Part shown: one piece after another, positions 58,001 to 64,000 of the stretch
Layout: every line of letters begins with the position of its first letter
How positions within the stretch are numbered: the first letter of the stretch is position 1
NCBI GenBank assembly: GCA_964199315.1
Contig: OZ116705.1
Location: forward strand, 28,582,001 to 28,646,000
DNA: 64,000 bases
Direction of reading: 5' to 3'
Origin: Orbicella franksi
Taxonomy: Eukaryota
Position numbers and translations under genes: made by a program
The notes under the pieces: generated by a model
Seen by the model: only the letters and a program-made list of their open reading frames with translations
The model's database searches: none
What the model was told of the DNA's origin: nothing

Positions 58001-60912
58001 ATAAACTCGTTGGACGTTGTTTTCAGTCCGCTTCCTCTTTCTTTCATTTGACTTTCTGCGGTTTTCTTTTTTCCTTCTCCTTTTGTTGATGTGCTGTTTG
58101 AGTATGCCCTTAAATATGCTGTTATAATTGCTCTTATTTTCTAGTTCTTCTGTCCTGCGTGACCTTCGTCAACTTAGCTTCTATACATTTGATCTGTTTT
58201 ACATTAAAACTGTGGGCATTCATCAATTCAGATGAGGGAGATGCCAATGAGAGGCCAAATGCCACACACTCAGGGCGAGCCATAACTAGGAGATCCGAAA
58301 TTGAGTTCTCTTTCTTTTGATTTGTTTTTCAAACAACAGCTCTCTGTAGTATAGGGATTGTAAATATTGTCTTCACAGTGAGCACAGAACGTGAAGTAGG
58401 GGGAAATATTAGAGAAATATTAAAAAAGTTGAAATCTAAATATTGTTTGTTCAATTTTTTTTTTTTGGGGGGGGGGTCATCCCAAAAAATGACCGCTATA
58501 AGGGGGGGGCATGTGAAAAAATTGGTAAGCTGAGGGGGGGTCATGCGATTTTTAAATGGTGCTTCCCAAATCCCACCAGCCCCCCCCTCCCTCATAAAAA
58601 ATGAACGGTCCCTAAAAGAAGTTGTTGAGAACTATTATTTTGCAATCATTTGTGGTAGAGTATTGAAACATAGTTTGTCCAGCATATAACAACTTTCAGT
58701 TAGAGGAGTTACGTCACGGTTTGCACATCTTGAAAAGTTTAGCCTAAATTTTTCAAAGTTCGTCGTTTGTAATCCGTGTTAATCTTCTCCATCCTTAACC
58801 ATCCTTGTTCTTTTATGTTTTATTGTTATCTCTTTGGTGTTTTCTATCTTAGTAAACTACTATTTTCAGGTTTCCTTGAATTTAAAAGTAGTTTTGTTCG
58901 TGGTCAAAATAACTCAAAATACCGTGACTGAGCTCTTTCAAGTGTCCTTGGTCCCGATTGTTCAGTGATTTTAACTCATTGTTCTCGTGTTTTCAGATGA
59001 GTGATGTCGAAGCAGGCGGTGGCACAGTGTTCACTCAAGTTGGCACAACTTTATTTCCTAGCAAGGTAATAGAGAAATTTGTTTAGATTGTCACGCAGTG
59101 CTCCCCATTGCCTGACGAAGTCGCGTTAAGCCTACAATAAATCACATTAGCTTTTAAGAAGAAGCTACTTTTTCATCTTTATCAATAAGACCATAAATAA
59201 AAGCCTTTCAAAAACTATGTTTAGGGCAACTGTGTCAGTCGCAATAGTCATAAATAAGCTATCGAATGGTTGGTCTGGTCATAAATAGGGTAGGGAAAAT
59301 CGCAGATTTTGGTCATAAATGGGGTAAGGGTTTTGGAAAGCGGGCCGCACACCCCCACCCAATTTTTCTGGGAGTACCCCCCACCCCCACCCGGGATCCC
59401 GACGGAGTCCAGGGCAGTCGGAGTCCCCCACGATGGTATTGTGTTCGTTTCAAGTTTGGAACTTCTGGCGACACTGAATCAGTACCGAATCGTACTGAAA
59501 TCACAACTGGTTTCCACCCACGATTTGAAGTTGTAATCCTAGCGCGAAATAATTCTCAGTGAAAATCCCGACAAACATTTCATTACGCCTGTAGAAATGT
59601 GACTGAAAGAGCTTCGATCGACCTTGAAACCTGCTTTAGATAGTCTCCATCCTCTAGTTCTTCTATAAATTCATCGAGAGCACTAGCAAAATGTTAACCA
59701 GTAGAGATTGGACAGGCGCGAACTCCGGGAATGGGTGTTGGGGCGCGCCCGTCTGCGCTTTGCCATTATAACTGTAAAATAAACGGTGAACGGACTAGCT
59801 TTAAATGGCGCCAGAAGTTTAAAAATACTAGCATCATAAACTTCTGATACCGCTGATATTTTGCTTTTAACCATGAAACAACAGGGAGACGCTGCGTTCT
59901 GGTGGAACCTGAAGCGCAGTGGAGACGGTGATGATAGCACAAGACATGCTGGCTGCCCAGTATTGGTCGGCAGTAAATGGGGTAAGATAAGTAAATATGT
60001 ATTTATTTGTGATATTAACCTCTTACTAACTGAACGCCAGGGCCGCACGGGAATATTGGCCCGAGCTCGTTGCAGTACCAACCGAGCGCAGCGAGGTCCG
60101 TACAAAAACATCCGAGGGCATATATTTACCCGTGCGGCTCGAGCAAGCTAGTTTAGTAAGCAGGTTGTTATATGGCAGTCGGCCCTTGAATTTTCCGCTT
60201 TTCAAAAAGTGAGAAATACACGGCCTATTCCCTTCGTATATCAAAATCTGACCAAAAAGAACCAATCAGAACCCTCGGATTTAACTCAAGACTACCTTGC
60301 CACATAATAAATGGCGTTACTGACCAGGCGCGACGCCAAGAAATAAAACTATTCACCGTGTCCTACTTTGTTCGTGTGAACCGAGACGAAATCGCGGACG
60401 AAAACAATAAACAACGCAATATTTACAACGTTTGAATCGAACAGTCATGACAAATGAGGGTTTCTTTTCTTACTCAGAAAAGGTTATTGAAATAGTCTTC
60501 AAGCGAGTTTTCCGGTCAAGTACAAACGAAGCCAGACGCTCTCTAGAACTGATCAATCGCTGTTAACACCCGTGTTACAGCCAATACTATCACGGCTAAA
60601 CTGACCGATCAGTTTCAACGCACCAGAATTATAACACCATGGACTGACAAACACTATTCAATCCAAAAATGACTGCCGCTAGGATTCCTGAAACGTAAAT
60701 CAAAATAAAAGTCATCTTCAGAAGAACTATAAACTTTGTAAAACGTCAAGTCCTTAGAGGGTCTTGTATCTGATGAAAGCAAAACCTCAGAAGGATTTGT
60801 TTTTTTTTTATTTTGTAATATCGTATGTTCATGTTTTTCAGTGGCCAACAAGTGGATTCATGAACGCGGCCAGGAATTCAGAAGACGCTGTGGTCTTTCT
60901 CGACACGAGTAA
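43055..60912 (+). CDS. P4HA: Prolyl 4-hydroxylase alpha subunit, paralog 2 (12 exons, 538-539 aa; exon 6 present as three alternatives)
   Basis: Exons are 43055-43397, 44528-44856, 46035-46086, 47180-47379, 48033-48203, [50011-50081 or 51283-51350 or 53201-53271], 54984-55083, 55923-55976, 56786-56848, 58997-59065, 59885-59981 and 60842-60912, all GT-AG and in frame. Motifs: signal peptide, GEVFTAL, RLQDTY, LCRGE, SKSGWL, VNYGIAGHYEPHYDFAR, GNRIAT, TRHAGCPVLVGSKWVANKWIHERGQEFRRRC. Confidence 0.96.
46734..47020 (-). mobile_element. tRNA-headed CORE-type SINE
   Basis: On the minus strand: TGGCCTCATGGTTAGTG (A-box), GGGTTTGAGCCC (B-box), then GTGTTCTTGGGAAAGACGCTTAACTCTCACAGTGCCTCTTTCCACCCAGGTGTATAAATGGGTA (CORE-like). 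Confidence 0.75.
47521..47970. mobile_element. Tc1/pogo-like non-autonomous element
   Basis: Internal repeats of CC(C/T)CTATTAAGC(G/A)GCCA; the right end is GGGATTCGACTG followed by TA. Confidence 0.6.
48249..48617. mobile_element. Harbinger-like MITE family, copy 4
   Basis: TAAGGCCCTGTGCACACTA ... TAGTGTGGACGGGGTCAA; core shared with copies 1-3. Confidence 0.7.
49014..49234 (-). mobile_element. 5'-truncated CORE-type SINE (same family as 46734-47020)
   Basis: CAAAGTGGCCCATCA..GGATGGGATGCTAGTCCATC..CCATTTATACAC..GTCTTGCCCAAGAACACAAC is collinear with 46734-46950. Confidence 0.75.
50011..50081 (+). CDS. P4HA(+) alternative exon 6A (71 nt; LRRATVRSPTTGLLEHANYRVSK-S)
   Basis: ATAATCAG| acceptor, TACTAAT branch-like motif at 49977-49983, AAAAG|GTAATG donor; phase 0 to 2. 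Confidence 0.9.
50594..51148. repeat. Tandem repeat, unit of about 105 bp, about 4.5 copies with an interruption
   Basis: Repeated GTGGTTCTAACTTT..GTGGATGAAACCCTAATGTGTGACCATTCAAATGAAAGCTATTGAGCAGTACTTTCATGT..TTATTATGCTGTACAAG. Confidence 0.85.
51283..51350 (+). CDS. P4HA(+) alternative exon 6B (68 nt; LARATVTLDDGTLETSEHRVSK-S)
   Basis: TATATAG| acceptor, AAAAG|GTTTGT donor; phase 0 to 2, no stop codon, one codon shorter than 6A and 6C. Confidence 0.8.
53201..53271 (+). CDS. P4HA(+) alternative exon 6C (71 nt; LRRATIQHPVTGNLEHASYRISK-S)
   Basis: CCAAACAG| acceptor, TACTAAT at 53165-53171, AAAAG|GTTGGT donor; phase 0 to 2. Confidence 0.9.
53580..53870. repeat. Compound tetranucleotide microsatellite (GACT/GACG/GACA)n
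   Basis: Long runs of GACT, GACG and GACA units. Confidence 0.9.
55326..55511. mobile_element. MITE with a 14-bp perfect TIR
   Basis: AATAGGCCATTTCC / GGAAATGGCCTATT. Confidence 0.75.
56102..56703. mobile_element. PIF/Harbinger-like MITE
   Basis: Ends GGGCCCGGTTCGTACGTCGC / GCGACGTATGAACCGAGCCT in a TWA/TAG-like context. Confidence 0.65.
57318..58612. mobile_element. PIF/Harbinger-like non-autonomous element (1295 bp) with an internal open frame
   Basis: TIR of about 47 bp (GGGACCGTTCATTTTTTAT..GGGGGGCTGGTGGGATTTGGG) at both ends, perfect TAA TSD (57315-57317 and 58613-58615), and a stop-free frame at 58168-57635 on the minus strand. Confidence 0.85.
58703..58935. mobile_element. Non-autonomous DNA transposon, copy 2 (see 6797-7030)
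   Basis: Collinear high identity with 6797-7030. Confidence 0.7.
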
Positions 60913-61789
60913 TACTGCTGACTGGAACAGCGGGCTCAAAATAACTTTTTTAAAATACCAAGATAACTAAATGGCGGTCGGTTTTATAAATACCTATATT
61001 TCTACGATATTTCTACTGATATAATATTTCGGAGGCGTTTTTCGCGCCTTGAGTAGATTTTGTCTGTCACTAAAAATGGCCAACGTGTGATATCGCTTAT
61101 TAGCCTCCAGCACAGTTGTAAACCACTTTCTGAAGCAAGTCGAGTTATTTCGCTTATCCTTTAAGCTTCTTAGAAATTCAGTTTTCAACCATTTTGGTTA
61201 CACGAACGATTTAATATCTTTTTTTCGAGGGGGGGGGGGGATGTTATAAAGCGCGCCGCATTTTGCCACATGACAGGAATTAAAGTTTTCGATAATTTCG
61301 ATTTTAATTGGCCAAGAACTAAAAAAGCCGACATAAAGATCTAACAACAAGAAATTCAAACCTGTCTTGAGTGGCATTCGCCAGTCAGGCATTGACCAAT
61401 CACGTTTAAGACCAACAGAAATGGTGAGTTGACAGCGCGCGACATTTCCCGCGCCTGCCCCATGTCCTATCCAGAACCCACATCTCCCAGTTCGTCATCA
61501 GATCTGGGCACGAAATAGGCCCTGGCGTGATTGGTTTTTTTAATCATTCGACTTCTGCTTGGTTGATCGCGGTCTCTGTAGTGACTGACTCTGTGATTAC
61601 TTGGTTCTAGTTTTTCCGCAGTTTCGAGTCACCTCTTGCCCCTAAAAACTGAAAATGAGTACAGGAAAAAACGTGCTGTTTTCGTAATAAGGTAGAAAAT
61701 ATCTTTGCGTTGTCAAAGCCAGGCAACTCTACTAGTGTGTTAGAAATTGTACCGATCTTTGTTAGTAACCTTAGGGCGCTTTTCCTTTG

Positions 61790-62050
61790 ACTGTCGAAAG
61801 TTATTGTTATTTGCTTTGGTTTTGCATTACAACGCTTTGTGATTGGTTTAAAAATATCGCGCTACTTTCTCGTCCAATCGGAAGTAAAACCAAAATCGCG
61901 ATTTGCCCATAACGTTTTCCCGCGCTTTTTATCAGCGGCTTGTATTTAGTTCGAGTTCTGATTGGTTCGCTTGATTGTCTGTGTGCTTTGTGATTGGCCA
62001 GAGTGATCACTGGGTTTGGGTTTTAAACACTCAATTCAAAACCGCTCTAG
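61790..62050. repeat. Interspersed repeat related to about 32130-32510
   Basis: Ends in ACACTCAATTCAAAACCGCTCTA, the reverse complement of which matches GCAGTTTTCAAT..TGAGTGTCG at 32134-32344; repeated GATTGG motifs. Confidence 0.5.
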
Positions 62051-64000
62051 TAGAATTAGCAATTTTAACACTAGTGCCAAGGAAAGGGGAAAAAGGCGAA
62101 TTCACGCGTTGCTTTGTGCGCGCTGAGGAACAAAGAACTAGAGATAGTGACTATAGCTGAGGCATAAAACTGAGTAATGAAGAAATAATCGTAAATTGAT
62201 AACAATACATAGAAAATAGTATTAGAATTTTATATTAGAATTTTATAATGTTAAATAAAAAGTAATCCATTCTTGTTCAAGTATTTTTCCAAGGCTTCCC
62301 TCTCAGGTCAATGACAAACTTTTACGCAATGGAAATAAAGTTTATATATTCCTTATTCTTGACTCTCCTCTTTTTTGTACATCCGGATGTTTCCGCCGCA
62401 AAGGATTGGAACCGACGCGGGTTACAGTTCCGGTGCAGGAACTTCGTCCTCTCTGCATGCGTTCCCTCGGAGATTTCCAGCGGTTCCCCGTGTATTCTCC
62501 TCTTCCACTGTACTACACATGGAATCCACGAGGGGTAACACAAGATATTTCTCAACATTTATAAGTTGGTGATATCCTCTCATGCTATGGGTAAATTGTT
62601 AAGTAAACGGAAGACAAGTGTTAAACTTTTGGTAGCATTAGGAATGCAACTCAATGTGGCCTGATCTGACCCATGTTGGTATATGTGAAGTCAAAAGTTG
62701 ATCACATCATACCAAAAGACGATCAACGTAAGAGAGTTAATCCTTCCTTATACCCAAGGTAACACCTCTTGAGTTATTTTTATACATGGTACCCAGTTGT
62801 TCCACGGATGCTACTTACGCGTTGCGTTGACGTTTTCATCGAGGTTTTTTTTTTTTTTGGATATTTCTATATTAAAGAAGACAAAGGAGCAACTTCGCTG
62901 TTTTAATACATTTTGGAACTTAAAGACGGATGCACCCTGCCCACACATCATCAGCAGCACAACATGGTGTTATGACACCAGTAGAGTGAGCCCTGCCCAG
63001 ACGTTAAAAACTGAACGTACGGCAGATAAATGAACAGCCAAAGAGGGCAACCGAACTAACATGGGGAGAAATTTTCAGTAAATTCAGAGATTTTTTTCTT
63101 AACTCTGTCAAAGAAGGTTTCAGTTATAGATCAACAGGTGGAAAACAGTGTTGATTTAATTACTGAACGACCTGCAAGCAGAGCCTTTTCTTACCGTAAA
63201 AATAAAATAAATAAATAAAAAATAAAAGAGTCTGCTTGCAGGCGGTTACTGAAAATCCCTTTTCCTCGGGCCAAAGCCCAACCGGTTAAGAAAGACTGGT
63301 GGCCCTGGGACTCAAATTGAATATTTGCATTGCAAATGTCTTTTACACTTTTTCTTCGCCACCTTTGCACGAGGTTCTTTGGAAGTTTCTGCCTACAAAC
63401 CTTTGCCTAATGCCGTGTCTACATGAGAGGAAATGTTTCCAAACGTGTCCCAGACACAAACTTTTGCTTGTGGAACAAACTGGAGGGAAATTCGCTTACT
63501 TATTCAAGAGCCAGAAACAGCAAGCGACCTCGAGATGAAAAGTGTTGTCTTTGACCGTCCACGGTATGTACACGTATTGAAAAATTTATGTTCTATTACT
63601 ACTTTTGATTACTTAAATGGGTGAAAAGACTTTTACATGCTTCGAGATATTAATTTAGCCAAAGTAAATCGATATCTCGTGGATTACATCTTTTGCACCT
63701 ATCAATGTAAATCCCGCGGGAGGGGTGGGTGGGGAGGAGTGCGGGTAAGAGGCGGGGATTTATTTTCAGTGAACGAATTCCCCAGGGTGGGGAAACAAAC
63801 GTTAATCAAGAGTGTAAAAAAAAACCCCACTCTGGGGAAAAATAAAACATGAATGAACACTGGTAAAAGGGGTGTCTCTAAAACGGAGACCTCTAAAAGA
63901 CCCCAAAAACTCTAAAACGAAGACCCCCTAATTTTCTAAGCATTTTTACCTTAAGTGAAGTTCTGCTCCTTCTTTATGCGACCCGGGTTGATATATGTGA

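Noticed and set aside
55977-58996. Duplicate of the GNRIAT exon, analogous to vertebrate P4HA2 alternative exons
   Set aside because: I found no second copy in the flanking introns by eye.

Overview
Eukaryotic, AT-rich, intron-containing animal genomic DNA. The dense MITE/SINE repertoire suggests a cnidarian, probably a stony coral (inference). I rebuilt five genes by hand from splice sites and translation: the 3' end of a PBLD/PhzF-like gene (+, 1-2997), a single-coding-exon achaete-scute-like bHLH gene (+, 17010-17507), ENKD1 (-, 6 exons, 330 aa), and a head-to-head pair of collagen prolyl 4-hydroxylase alpha (P4HA) genes: a 13-exon gene on - (30295-40839, 529 aa) and a 12-exon gene on + (43055-60912, about 539 aa). 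The main finding is in the + P4HA gene: three tandem homologous copies of one catalytic-domain exon (71, 68 and 71 nt; LRRATVRSPTTGLLEHANYRVSKS, LARATVTLDDGTLETSEHRVSKS, LRRATIQHPVTGNLEHASYRISKS). Only one copy at a time keeps the reading frame, so they form a mutually exclusive exon cassette. It sits at the position where vertebrate P4HA1 has its two-way mutually exclusive exons 9/10, while the - paralog has a single detectable copy. A 9-nt perfect complement between the middle exon's donor and the third exon's acceptor region suggests RNA-structure control. The rest is non-autonomous DNA transposons (one 1.3-kb Harbinger-like element carries a 177-codon open frame), tRNA-derived SINEs, long palindromes and simple repeats.
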